DNA of 64,000 nucleotides from Pedobacter sp. Lineage in GTDB: Bacteria > Desulfobacterota > Desulfuromonadia > Desulfuromonadales > Syntrophotaleaceae. The notes below the pieces were generated by a model. It was given only the letters and a program-made list of their open reading frames with translations, searched no databases and had not been told where the DNA came from. Each line of letters begins with the position of its first letter. The stretch's first letter is position 1. Positions 11,028-21,242 of this stretch are shown one piece after another. The stretch covers positions 32,001-96,000 of the forward strand of contig JBFWJC010000007.1 in NCBI GenBank assembly GCA_050253415.1, written 5' to 3'. The position numbers and the translations under genes are program-made.

Positions 11028-12212
11028 CTATTTTAGAATATCCTTTATTGATGAGCAGATAAACTCCAGTTCTTTCTCGTTAAGAGACGGATAAATGGGC
11101 AGAGAAACACAACCTCGCCAGATTTTTTCCGCATTCGGAAAATCATCTGGATCCAGCGAGTAACGATTTTGGTAATAGGACATCCTGTGCAACGGTTTAT
11201 AATGAACCGAGGTACCAATGCCCCTGGTTGCCATCTGTTCGATAAAATCTTTTCTATGAACCAATGATTCATCCTTCAAAATAATGGGGAACAGATGCCA
11301 GGCATGACTTTCATAATTTCCCATAATTACAGGGAGATCGACACTTTCAAGGCTCTGCAATTTATCAAAATAGAAACGTGCGCATCGCTCTCTGTTCTGG
11401 CGTAACAGATATGCCCGCTCCAGTTGCGCCAATCCGATGGCGGCATTAATATCGGGCATATTGTACTTAAACCCTGGCGCAAGAACGTCATATTCCCAAG
11501 ATGGATTTTCCGAAGTATAGCGATTCCAGATATCGCGGTCGATGCCATGCAGGCGCATAAGTCTCATCCGGTCGGCAAGACCAGGATCATTGGTTGTAAC
11601 CATGCCGCCCTCACCGGTTGTAATGGGCTTATTGGCATAAAAGCTGAAACAGGTTATATCGCCGATACTACCAACCATCTTTTCCTTTTGCTGTGCAGGA
11701 AAAGCGTGGGCGGCATCTTCAATGACCCGAATGCCATTTTCCCGACAAATGTCAATAAGGCCAGGACCGTGTTCCCCGATCATGTCGGCAACCTGTCCTC
11801 CAAAATGGACCACAATCAAGGCCCTTGCTCCTGGATAGTCCGCAATCGCTTTTTTCAATATGGCCGCGGTAATCAAACTAGTTCCATATTCCACATCAAG
11901 AAAGATCGGATCGGCGCCCAGATATCTCACAACCTCAGCTGTTGCGGTAAACGTCATGGTTGGAACGAAAATTTTATCGCCAGGGCCAATTCCTAAAGAT
12001 TCCAAGGCCAGATGTAATGCTGCCGTACAAGAATTGACTGCGCAGGCGAATTCGGCGTTAACGATAGCAGCGAACTTTTCCTCAAATAGCGCACACTTCC
12101 CGGCAGTCGTTAACCAACCGCTTTCCAGAACCTCCCGGATGAGCTCAAGCTCCTGGCCGTCACAAATAACGCGCGAATAAGGTATTTGGATGGAATTTTC
12201 GGAATCATTCAT
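11028..12212 (-). CDS. DegT/DnrJ/EryC1/StrS aminotransferase (alternative in-frame ATG at 12257)
   Basis: SGWLTT, NSCTAALHL, IEDAAHA, FSFYANKPITTGEGGM; AGGAG upstream of both ATGs. Confidence 0.9.
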   Translation of the reverse strand: MNDSENSIQIPYSRVICDGQELELIREVLESGWLTTAGKCALFEEKFAAIVNAEFACAVNSCTAALHLALESLGIGPGDKIFVPTMTFTATAEVVRYLGADPIFLDVEYGTSLITAAILKKAIADYPGARALIVVHFGGQVADMIGEHGPGLIDICRENGIRVIEDAAHAFPAQQKEKMVGSIGDITCFSFYANKPITTGEGGMVTTNDPGLADRMRLMRLHGIDRDIWNRYTSENPSWEYDVLAPGFKYNMPDINAAIGLAQLERAYLLRQNRERCARFYFDKLQSLESVDLPVIMGNYESHAWHLFPIILKDESLVHRKDFIEQMATRGIGTSVHYKPLHRMSYYQNRYSLDPDDFPNAEKIWRGCVSLPIYPSLNEKELEFICSSIKDILK

Positions 12213-12285
12213 AGTTGCTGAGATACTCCTTGTATGGGATGCACAAGTAACATTCATAGTTGCGGAGATACTCCTAGTATGGGAT
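12206..12285. repeat. 35-bp direct repeat (45-bp period) containing RBS and start codon
   Basis: cattcatagttgctgagatactccttgtatgggat (12206-12240) vs cattcatagttgcggagatactcctagtatgggat (12251-12285), 2 mismatches. Confidence 0.9.
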
Positions 12286-12306
12286 TTACTCAGTAACGTG
12301 CTATTT

Positions 12307-13470
12307 TCAGCTGTTAGATTCCATTTTCGGACAAAGGATATCGGAATATATTTTTTCGTACTGCCTAACAATTTTATCGAGCGAGAACCTGTCCTGTATC
12401 CGTTGTCGACCGAGGGCGCCTAATGTGGCACGACCATTCTGCCCAAGATCGATCAACTCCTGCCAGGCACGGCACAATTCCTCAGGCTGTCCTGGGGATA
12501 CAATCCTACCGGTTTCCCCCACTATATAAGCCGAATCTCCGACATCCGTCACCACAACAGGCACACCACACGCCATCGCCTCCCCGATCGTATTGGAGAA
12601 GGCTTCTCCACAACGTGAAGAGGAAGTAGCGATATCAAAAGCTGCCGTAATTGCTGGGATATCCTTACGCAGACCAAGCAAATGTACAGAGCCGTCAAGA
12701 TTCTTACCATTTATAGAACGAAGAAGATCAGGATTTTCATGAGCAATATCATAACCACAAAGAACAAAATGGACACGAGGATAGAGTCGTTTAAGCAGTT
12801 CCGCAGCTTTAAAAAAGGTAGCGTGGTCTTTTTGAAGATGGTATCTAGCCACTAACCCGATAACGATTGAATCGTCAGGAATGGATAATTCCGCCCTAAT
12901 TTGACTTTTGGCGTGGGAGTCGGGGGAAAATTGAGTCAAATCAAAACCATTAGGGATGACAACAATCTTCTTAGGGTCATAGCCCAGATTTACATGAATG
13001 TTTTTAGCCTTTTCCGCACAACAGATGATTTTATGAGGCAATACGGATGAAATAAGACTACATACCTCGGCCGTCCAGACAGTTGTTTTTTTATCAACCT
13101 GAGGATCGAGATTACTATGACGGATATTCCATACAACCGGAATGTTTCCCGCCAGTTTAGCTGCTAATCCGCCAGCAAGATCAGCATGATACATCCACGT
13201 CTGGACCAGTTGAGTTTTATCCTTCCTAAAGATGCGTATCAATTTAAAAAGACCTCTTGGATCAGGTATTCCAGGCTTCAACCCGAGAATAGTTACAGGT
13301 ATCCCGATCCTCTCAAATTTTTCACATAGAGTAGTGTAAGAAAGCAAGGAGGTGACTTTAGGTGAGAAAACATCCCGATTGATATTAGACAACAACTTCA
13401 ATAGCATCATTTCGGCGCCATTGGAGCCCAAACCGGTAATAACAAAATTAATACGTAGTTTTTTTTTCAT
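12307..13470 (-). CDS. Glycosyltransferase family 4
   Basis: GAEMML, QTWMYHADL, EAFSNTIGEAMACG. Confidence 0.92.
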   Translation of the reverse strand: MKKKLRINFVITGLGSNGAEMMLLKLLSNINRDVFSPKVTSLLSYTTLCEKFERIGIPVTILGLKPGIPDPRGLFKLIRIFRKDKTQLVQTWMYHADLAGGLAAKLAGNIPVVWNIRHSNLDPQVDKKTTVWTAEVCSLISSVLPHKIICCAEKAKNIHVNLGYDPKKIVVIPNGFDLTQFSPDSHAKSQIRAELSIPDDSIVIGLVARYHLQKDHATFFKAAELLKRLYPRVHFVLCGYDIAHENPDLLRSINGKNLDGSVHLLGLRKDIPAITAAFDIATSSSRCGEAFSNTIGEAMACGVPVVVTDVGDSAYIVGETGRIVSPGQPEELCRAWQELIDLGQNGRATLGALGRQRIQDRFSLDKIVRQYEKIYSDILCPKMESNS

Positions 13471-13689
13471 AAAGGCCTACAATTTCATCCTGAGTTTGAT
13501 TCATAAGAACAGCTTAGTACGGGCGACCTAAGTTAGAAGGACGGGAAAGAATTTTTTCATCATCCTATCGTGTCATCTTATTGAATCAAGGGCACAACCA
13601 ACAAAAACTCTTTTGTGTGTTGAGTCAATTTTTTGAAAAAAAGGGTGTTTAAAAAATCGTTTAAAATAGAATAACGATCATATAGATAA

Positions 13690-14799
13690 TTAAATACCCA
13701 TCAAATCGGTCATTATTTTATTGACGACATTTACATCAAATTTTTTTTCACAGTATTTTCTACTTTCATGCCCCATTATTTTGGCTTTTTCAGGATTCTC
13801 AATCATCCAACACATTTTCTCGGCTAAAATTTCTGCGTCTTTAGGCGGGACCAAAAATCCATTTATATAATTGTTAACAGTTTCCTTACATCCAGGAGTG
13901 TCAGTAGTAATAATGGGCCTACCAGTAGCCATGGCTTCTAAAATAGTTCTTGGAACTCCCTCTCCATAGAAACTAGGCAAAACATAACATGTACACAAAT
14001 TATAATATTTGTGAACATTTTGGCTTACACCTTTATATTCAATAGTACCCTGTTTTATATATTTTTCTAAGTCCTTTTCTTTCATAGCACTAATAGCTTC
14101 ATCAAAGGGACCTAACAATAAGAATCTTGCTTCAGAAAATTTCCTTTTTACGATTATAGCAGCATCAATATATTCTTTTATTCCCTTCGCCCAAATTAAC
14201 CTGGAAACTAATAAAAAAACGGGGTGTGATGGCATGTCAACTTCTGAAAATTTTTCCAGATTAACACCCGATCCATTCACAACCTTACACTTACAATCAT
14301 TTATAAGTTTCAATCTACTAAACAAGGCAAAATCATCATAATTTTGAAAAAATATGATATTGCATCGTTTAAAGACAATTTTCATTAGGGGAAATATGAT
14401 TGTTTTAACGACACTTGATTTCGCACCTCTCATTTGAAATAAAGCCCCCCTACCATTTATAATAGGGAATATTTTCTTCACCCCGGCAAGGGTCGCAGCC
14501 ATACTTCCATAAAATGCCATTTTTATTCCATATGTGATAATCAAATCAGGTGATTCACGTTTAAAGTTATCTTTTAGCTCTAAAATCAATTTTAATTCGG
14601 AAAAAGGATTCATGCCAATTCTGTCTAATTTTACTCCAAGGTATCTAACTCCCAGAGAAGCAAAATTATTTACACATTCAGTTTCATGCCTTGGTCCAAT
14701 AAAGACGAGATCGTGCCCTTTGCTTTTAATAAGATCTATCAACTCTTCTCTAGAAACATGCATTCGCTTGGCACTAACGCTTAATATCGCTATTTTCAC
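13690..14799 (-). CDS. Glycosyltransferase family 4 (CapM-like), AT-rich
   Basis: NGSGVN, EGVPRTILEAMATGRPIITTD. Confidence 0.92.
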   Translation of the reverse strand: MKIAILSVSAKRMHVSREELIDLIKSKGHDLVFIGPRHETECVNNFASLGVRYLGVKLDRIGMNPFSELKLILELKDNFKRESPDLIITYGIKMAFYGSMAATLAGVKKIFPIINGRGALFQMRGAKSSVVKTIIFPLMKIVFKRCNIIFFQNYDDFALFSRLKLINDCKCKVVNGSGVNLEKFSEVDMPSHPVFLLVSRLIWAKGIKEYIDAAIIVKRKFSEARFLLLGPFDEAISAMKEKDLEKYIKQGTIEYKGVSQNVHKYYNLCTCYVLPSFYGEGVPRTILEAMATGRPIITTDTPGCKETVNNYINGFLVPPKDAEILAEKMCWMIENPEKAKIMGHESRKYCEKKFDVNVVNKIMTDLMGI

Positions 14800-15379
14800 G
14801 ATACAAATCCTCTCGCCTGAATACTTTATAAAATGTCAAAAATATAATTTTTACATCAAGCATCATTGTTAAATTATCAACGTAAAACAGATCATTTTTT
14901 TGTCTTTCTTCAATGGTACAATTATTTCTAAAATACACCTGGGTATACCCTGTTACCCCGGGTCTAACAGAAAACTTTCTTAAATAATCTTTTGAATATA
15001 AGTGTTCGTTTCCTGTTGGACTTGGTCTTGGACCTACAAAACTCATTTCCCCTTTTAGTACATTAATAATCTGAGGTATTTCGTCAATACTTGACTCTCT
15101 AATATATTTTCCAATCTTTGTGACTCTATGATCGTCTTTGGCATTATATGTACTTCCATCTTTATTTCGAATATCCTTCGAATTAATTTTCATAGAACGG
15201 AATTTATACATTTTAAATTTTTTTTGATTTTTACCAAGACGTTCTCCTGCAAAAATAACACTTCCACCATCTTCCAATTTAATGCCAATACCTACTATTA
15301 AATACAGGAAAACAAATATTGGTAATAACAATATAGACAGCAAAATATCAAAAAATCTTTTGAGGTATTTACTATACAT
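14774..15379 (-). CDS. Second priming sugar transferase, AT-rich
   Basis: KRFFDI, YKFRSM, SIDEIPQIINVLKGEMSFVGPRP. Confidence 0.92.
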   Translation of the reverse strand: MYSKYLKRFFDILLSILLLPIFVFLYLIVGIGIKLEDGGSVIFAGERLGKNQKKFKMYKFRSMKINSKDIRNKDGSTYNAKDDHRVTKIGKYIRESSIDEIPQIINVLKGEMSFVGPRPSPTGNEHLYSKDYLRKFSVRPGVTGYTQVYFRNNCTIEERQKNDLFYVDNLTMMLDVKIIFLTFYKVFRREDLYRENSDIKR

Positions 15380-15503
15380 AACAACACCCTAATCGATACT
15401 CAACCGTGTAATTAACTAAATACAATTTTTTTAACTCGGAAACAATATTTGTAAATATATGTTAGTGGTAGACGGCGTCTGGCTATTATCAAAGGATCTT
15501 ACC

Positions 15504-16619
15504 CTATAATTCTGTGCGAGATTCCAACGCCTTATTATTCCCAAATACTTCTTCAAGGACCTCATCCGTCAACTCACCAAATAAAGGTCCATTATTAAGC
15601 TGATGAATACCTAAATCACCCAATCGGAGATTGGCTTCAATCAAGATAGGCTCTCCATCTTCTCCGATGGCGATATCCCACGATATCAGTCTAAAATGGG
15701 CCATCTTTTCTTGTTGTTTTTTAACAATTTCTTTTATTTTATCAAATGAAGGAATAATACACTCTGTAAAATTAAATCCTTGAGGGTGCCTCTCATATTT
15801 AATGCCGTACTTAGAGTAAGCAACATCTTTTAACTGTCCACTTTCTTTTATCCCACACGTAATTCCTCCTACACTAGCATTATCTACCCTACTTCCATTA
15901 ACGCCCATTCTTAAAATGGATGATAAAATATGGACTTTCCCTTTAAACAATAGTGTTACTATTCTAATTGTATTAACTGAGCTTGGATGTATTCGTTTTA
16001 TTTCACAATGCTGCACTATTATTTTTTGAACAACAAAGTTTTGAAAGTCGGACAAAAGATACTTTTCTAGTGCTTCCAACCCATCTGTTTCACTCCAAAA
16101 TTTAATCCCTTTGGCACCTCCTGTTCCAACGGAAGGTTTTATAATCAGACTTTTGTTTTCGTCACATAAATCCATGACTTTTTTTACTGATATTATGTTG
16201 TAGTTTTTATCATGAAAAAAACCATTAATTTTTCTGACTACAATTGATGGTTGCCTTACGTCATAAAACAACAAAGAAAAATAGTTTTTATCCATCATTC
16301 CGAAGCTATGTTTTCTATTATTGAAGTGTTGATCAATAATTGTATAATACAAGTCATCTGGCATATATCTAGCATCAAAATTATTGTTTCTTGATGAGTA
16401 ATATTTATGCCAATGAGGTTTGACTTTTTTTGTATATTTACTCCAATACGATAATACTTCTTTTTTAAAGCTTGGTGATAATGAATCAGTTTTTAAAGAG
16501 TAATTATGTTTCAATCTCCAATTATATAATATTTTAATTGCAAGGTTTATGGTACAGATTTCACTTCTATCAAAAAAACCATATATGAAATTTTTTGCAT
16601 TATCTTTGAGCTTCATCAC
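15504..16619 (-). CDS. Sugar-transfer-associated ATP-grasp protein
   Basis: IIKPSVGTGGAKGI, SVNTIRIVT, VDNAS, ISWDIAI, LIEAN. Confidence 0.8.
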   Translation of the reverse strand: MMKLKDNAKNFIYGFFDRSEICTINLAIKILYNWRLKHNYSLKTDSLSPSFKKEVLSYWSKYTKKVKPHWHKYYSSRNNNFDARYMPDDLYYTIIDQHFNNRKHSFGMMDKNYFSLLFYDVRQPSIVVRKINGFFHDKNYNIISVKKVMDLCDENKSLIIKPSVGTGGAKGIKFWSETDGLEALEKYLLSDFQNFVVQKIIVQHCEIKRIHPSSVNTIRIVTLLFKGKVHILSSILRMGVNGSRVDNASVGGITCGIKESGQLKDVAYSKYGIKYERHPQGFNFTECIIPSFDKIKEIVKKQQEKMAHFRLISWDIAIGEDGEPILIEANLRLGDLGIHQLNNGPLFGELTDEVLEEVFGNNKALESRTEL

Positions 16620-16758
16620 TAAACCCTTATCTCAAATGTTCAAATATAATAATTAAAGAACTATACATGCAGTTATATAGGAAACATTTTATAAAATGGT
16701 CGATTTAATTACTATATTCTTTATTTAAAGCATTTATATAGATGCGGTTGGTTCATAT

Positions 16759-17874
16759 CTAGGTGTTTTTTGTAATAAAGTATCCTATTTTCTCGAATCT
16801 ATTATTTATTGGCCTTACAATTTGATCTTCTTTATAATATGTTGAATAACACAATGAATTTTCTGGAACCTTATACTTCCCATAGTCCACTTTAGAATTT
16901 GGATATGCACATAAAAATTCTAACATGTATCTATCTTTTGATTTTTTGTAGTTTCTTATTTCACTGGTATTATTATATAGCAAATGTTCAAACAACAACT
17001 TTATAATATTTACCCCAGTATAATGCAATAGAACCTTCCACATATGGCAACCATCCAACCGTGGTGTTACTTCTATAATTATTGGTTTATTTTCTAAAAG
17101 TTTTATTTGAAAGTACATAGGACCGTTATAAATATTAAGTTTTTTAGATACACGTTCCACCAACTCAAGGAGCTCAAATTCAAGTTCCTTGTTTATTATT
17201 TTTGATGGAACAATATGTTTGTGAATTAGTCCGCCTTGAAATTGTTGCCAACACACTCTATCTGACGGAACTAATAATGCTATTTTTCCGTCAATCATAT
17301 AAACATTAACTGATAATTCAGGGCCGCTTATATATTCCTCAATAATAACAAAACCTGACCTAGAGTAATTTTTACTAACCATAAACTTTTCTTTAAAATC
17401 AACCTCATTATGTATAAGTTGAACTCCCCTTTGTCCTTGAGAGTCTGCGGGTTTCATAATAAAAGGAAAGTTAAGGTAAATATCCTCATATTTATTATCC
17501 AATACTTGGTAATTTAGATTACCTTTAAAATCTTTTCCAAGGAATGCTCTCATTTCATTTTTGTTGTTGCATATTCGTGCTGTTTCCCCTGAGACAAAAC
17601 CAGGTAAATTGATTTTTTCGCTAATTTCTGAATAAATTCTTGTGGCTATATCAGAGCCAACTGAATATACACAATCAATTTGATTGTTTTTAATATAGTC
17701 AATCACCTTATCAATGTAAGTAAAATCCAATATTTCATAATTATCGGCTTCTTTACTTCCTGGTCCATCATCACTCTTTGAGCACGCATAGGTTTCAATA
17801 CCCATTTCTTTCAATATACGAATCGCGTCTGCTTGAACCTCAGATACACCTAAAATCAAAACTTTTTTCATCAA
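16759..17874 (-). CDS. ATP-grasp ligase (carboxylate-amine type)
   Basis: MKPADSQGQRGV, IEEYISGPELSV, IEVTPRLDG. Confidence 0.8.
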   Translation of the reverse strand: MMKKVLILGVSEVQADAIRILKEMGIETYACSKSDDGPGSKEADNYEILDFTYIDKVIDYIKNNQIDCVYSVGSDIATRIYSEISEKINLPGFVSGETARICNNKNEMRAFLGKDFKGNLNYQVLDNKYEDIYLNFPFIMKPADSQGQRGVQLIHNEVDFKEKFMVSKNYSRSGFVIIEEYISGPELSVNVYMIDGKIALLVPSDRVCWQQFQGGLIHKHIVPSKIINKELEFELLELVERVSKKLNIYNGPMYFQIKLLENKPIIIEVTPRLDGCHMWKVLLHYTGVNIIKLLFEHLLYNNTSEIRNYKKSKDRYMLEFLCAYPNSKVDYGKYKVPENSLCYSTYYKEDQIVRPINNRFEKIGYFITKNT

Positions 17875-18107
17875 TTATCCCCCTATTTAGAATATTTGTT
17901 ACTACAAAGCTTTGATTTTCGAATGGGTTTTCCGAACCGACAGAAGCAGATCTGTGCACAAAAATGGTTCAGAGCTGAGTCTTTACTTTCATTAGAGCCA
18001 TAGGTGGTATTAATGTTTACACAATCGGCATCTCGCAGATTTCCTTCATCGGCTAAGGTTTGCATACAAGAAAACTCTTTCTGCGATACCCAATACACTT
18101 ATCCTTT

Positions 18108-19502
18108 TCAGCCGGAAATAGTTGTTAGACATTGAGATCCGTGCCGCCTGATAAGGAGTAACAAAAACGTACCCATCACCAGATAAAATCCGATTTTCAG
18201 AGAAATAACTGGGCCGCCATACATGATGCGGAACCCCAGAAAAATCATCCAAGCTACTCTGAATACTTCAATAATCGTTTCATTGTCACCAGAGAATAAA
18301 CGGTCAGCCATCCTAAGCGTTGCTCCAAACGCAAGCAGAAGAAGCACCACTCCGATAGCTCCGCCGCTGTAGTATCCGAAAGAAATCAGATCAATAGGTA
18401 TGGGACCGTTAAACTGTATAAAATTAAAGCTATCAGCGGTCTCCGGTAGATTGACATGAAATATTCGCTTTGGAATCAGATAAGCAATCGCTAATGGAAA
18501 ATCAACAAACAGGTGGTATGGAACCTCGTAAGGGACAGCAAAACAAACCGTGTTGGCTATAGTCCCCAAGGGGAAAGCAAATTCGCTCAGTATAGACACC
18601 AGAACAGAAAAATTTTCAGACTCAAGCAATACAATTTTGCGAGAAAATGCACCTGGATCGATAATAATGTGCGCAAACTGTTTACCGAAAAGGATCACAA
18701 ACACGGCCAAACAGAGTCCGAAAATAAGGGGCCGAATTTTTAAACGCCCGCGAATCATCATACTGACTAACGGAAAAGTAATGAGGTAAGAAACGAATCC
18801 CAAGCGACCAGCCATATGAAACAATTGAACCAATGACAGCAGGAAAGTTACAAAAAACAGAGAGCAATAAAGCCAGGTTCGATGATGTTTCTTAAAATCT
18901 TTCCACAAGGCATAATAAAAAAAGGATGAGGATAAAAGCAGTGGGGAGATATTTTTCAAAAAGGCATAAGGGGTTATAATCGGAGGGTTATCCGATCTCA
19001 TAGGCCCAGCTAATCTGATCAGTTCAATAAAGCCACCAAGCTCCCGAGCGTAAATGAGCAAAGATGATCCACCTACGACGGCAAGTAATGTACCGGATAT
19101 AAACAGTGCCTTTTCAGAATACGTACGAGGACCGTGTATTTCTGCCACGATAGGTACTCGGCCTACTCCATTACAAAGGGAAGAAACAATCCCCCCGGAA
19201 CCACTATAACCGAAAAACAGGAGTAAATAACCGGCCAAGGCATAAAGCTCACCGTAAACTAAAGAAATCGGCTCCAAGGTATGAAACTTCAACCAACTGA
19301 ACCCCGAGTCGGCAAGACCTGTGTGACTAGAGTAGTCGATCATGATCGGGCAAACGACAAAAACGATGAAGTAGAGCACACTTAAAAACCCGAAAAAGTC
19401 CAAAAGTCGGTGATTTTTAGGCCGGACTACCTCGATCACAATGATCAACAATCCAAGAGTGGCAGCGATAAGGGTCAGCATTTTTGCTCTTGGCACCCCC
19501 AT
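18108..19502 (-). CDS. Probable polysaccharide polymerase (Wzy-like)
   Basis: Polytopic membrane protein with a large loop in a Wzx-containing cluster; no diagnostic motif. Confidence 0.7.
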   Translation of the reverse strand: MGVPRAKMLTLIAATLGLLIIVIEVVRPKNHRLLDFFGFLSVLYFIVFVVCPIMIDYSSHTGLADSGFSWLKFHTLEPISLVYGELYALAGYLLLFFGYSGSGGIVSSLCNGVGRVPIVAEIHGPRTYSEKALFISGTLLAVVGGSSLLIYARELGGFIELIRLAGPMRSDNPPIITPYAFLKNISPLLLSSSFFYYALWKDFKKHHRTWLYCSLFFVTFLLSLVQLFHMAGRLGFVSYLITFPLVSMMIRGRLKIRPLIFGLCLAVFVILFGKQFAHIIIDPGAFSRKIVLLESENFSVLVSILSEFAFPLGTIANTVCFAVPYEVPYHLFVDFPLAIAYLIPKRIFHVNLPETADSFNFIQFNGPIPIDLISFGYYSGGAIGVVLLLLAFGATLRMADRLFSGDNETIIEVFRVAWMIFLGFRIMYGGPVISLKIGFYLVMGTFLLLLIRRHGSQCLTTISG

Positions 19503-19889
19503 AAAAACATGGCTGAATATACGTTAAGTTAGCAATTCGGCGGTGAGCGAATCTGTCGCCAAAACGCACTGTCGAAACACCGTTGAATGTGGTGATCAAA
19601 TTTTATTACAGCATAACAAAAACCACACACCCCGCAAGGCCCACAGACAAACACCACACCCCTGGAGTATAGTCCCTACAGACCGATCTTTACAGCCCCC
19701 GCCCGCTGCACATGTTCAGAATGACAAAAAATAAAAGCAAAGCTGAAAAGCCCAACAGAGTGGACACCAATATCGATAGAGAACGTCGTACAAGAACAGG
19801 TATGTTGGTGAAATAGGATGTCTATATTCAGGATAGTCGCAATCAGCTGACCACCGAGTAGAAACAAGCGAGAGATATGTCAGAGATGT

Positions 19890-21242
19890 TTATTCAACAG
19901 CGGCGGCCATCTGGTGCAATACTTCTTCTATATTTGTGTAGCCGTCACCGTCGTCGTCGCCGTTGGGATTGGACGGGGCAACAAATTGCCGGATGTTTTT
20001 GGCATAAGTCGGCCATCCGCCACCCTGTACAGGGGTGTCGATAATGTCCCCACTGCCATTCCAGACGTCATTTACCACCCGCTCGTCGAGACTGTCGCCA
20101 TTACTCGTCCCGCGTTCGGCAGGCCGTGCACCGCAGCTTTGCAGCACATAACTTTTAACGCTGCTCGTCGGAAGAATGGTGATGTTATCGTAGGGCACCG
20201 GAGGCGTCCCCACCTGCGGATTACCCCACGACGGAGGATCCATCAGCGGAACAGAAGCACCCGACTCATCAAGCCGCAAAATCAGATTGTCCGATGTGTA
20301 GACTTGCGAACCGACCTTGGTATTGTCGGCCCACCACAGGGGCGCCTTGGTCGCATATTCAGGGCCATCTCTGAAAACATTGCCGATGGTCGACTGAAAA
20401 AGGGTCCCGGCATTGTAGGAATCGCTGTAGTGCATGCGGCCACTTCTGCCGCCATTGTAAACGTAGTTATTGATCACCACCGAGGTGGTCCCACCCTTGG
20501 CGTTCGGGCCGTTACGATCGTCACTTGATGAAATCAGGTTACGCAGCACGGTTATTTTCTTGGCATAGTCACCGATGAGGAAGCCCTTGGAATGGGCACC
20601 TTCCGGGTGAATCGAGTTATCCAGACCTTCGCTGACAATGCAGTTGGAAATGGTGATATTGTCCAGACGACTGTCTTTATAGCCCCAAAGTCCTATGACC
20701 TCGTCAACCGCCCACTGGAAGGAACAGTGGTCAACAACAACATTGTAGATGTCCGAATGACCGACAATCCCCAAACAATCCCGCTCCCCCTCTTCGGAGG
20801 TGTTGTAGGACCGCTCATCACCCGGACGCACCCGGATATGCTGTATCAACACATCGTGCGCGGAGATTTTAAGCCGCCGATTTTTCAACATGATGCCAGG
20901 GGCCGGAGCAGTCTGACCGGCGATAGTGATATATGGGTTGGTAATGATCAGCTCGCTCTGCAGGTTAATGATCCCGGATACTTCAAACACGACAATCCTG
21001 GAGCCGCAGGCCTGCACAGCAGCGCGCAACGACCCTGTCCCGCTGTCATTCAGGTTGGTAACCTTAATGATCTGCCCGCCTCGACCGCCAGCCGTTTCAG
21101 TACCGAAACCTTCTGCACCGGGAAATATTTTCAACTCACCCAGTTGCGAGGTAATTCTATTGTAGCTGCAGGTATTTAATGTGCAGCACATAACGACCAT
21201 GGCGGATAAAGTCCAGATGTAGAAAAATATGGTACGGGCCAT
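19890..21242 (-). CDS. Exported pectate-lyase-like (PL1-type beta-helix) protein
   Basis: Hydrophobic N-terminus; FPGAEGFG, GGRGG, VTNLNDSGTGSLR, TIAGQTAP, VDHCSFQWAVDE; C-terminal DDDGDGYTNIEE; AGGAG RBS. Confidence 0.82.
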   Translation of the reverse strand: MARTIFFYIWTLSAMVVMCCTLNTCSYNRITSQLGELKIFPGAEGFGTETAGGRGGQIIKVTNLNDSGTGSLRAAVQACGSRIVVFEVSGIINLQSELIITNPYITIAGQTAPAPGIMLKNRRLKISAHDVLIQHIRVRPGDERSYNTSEEGERDCLGIVGHSDIYNVVVDHCSFQWAVDEVIGLWGYKDSRLDNITISNCIVSEGLDNSIHPEGAHSKGFLIGDYAKKITVLRNLISSSDDRNGPNAKGGTTSVVINNYVYNGGRSGRMHYSDSYNAGTLFQSTIGNVFRDGPEYATKAPLWWADNTKVGSQVYTSDNLILRLDESGASVPLMDPPSWGNPQVGTPPVPYDNITILPTSSVKSYVLQSCGARPAERGTSNGDSLDERVVNDVWNGSGDIIDTPVQGGGWPTYAKNIRQFVAPSNPNGDDDGDGYTNIEEVLHQMAAAVE

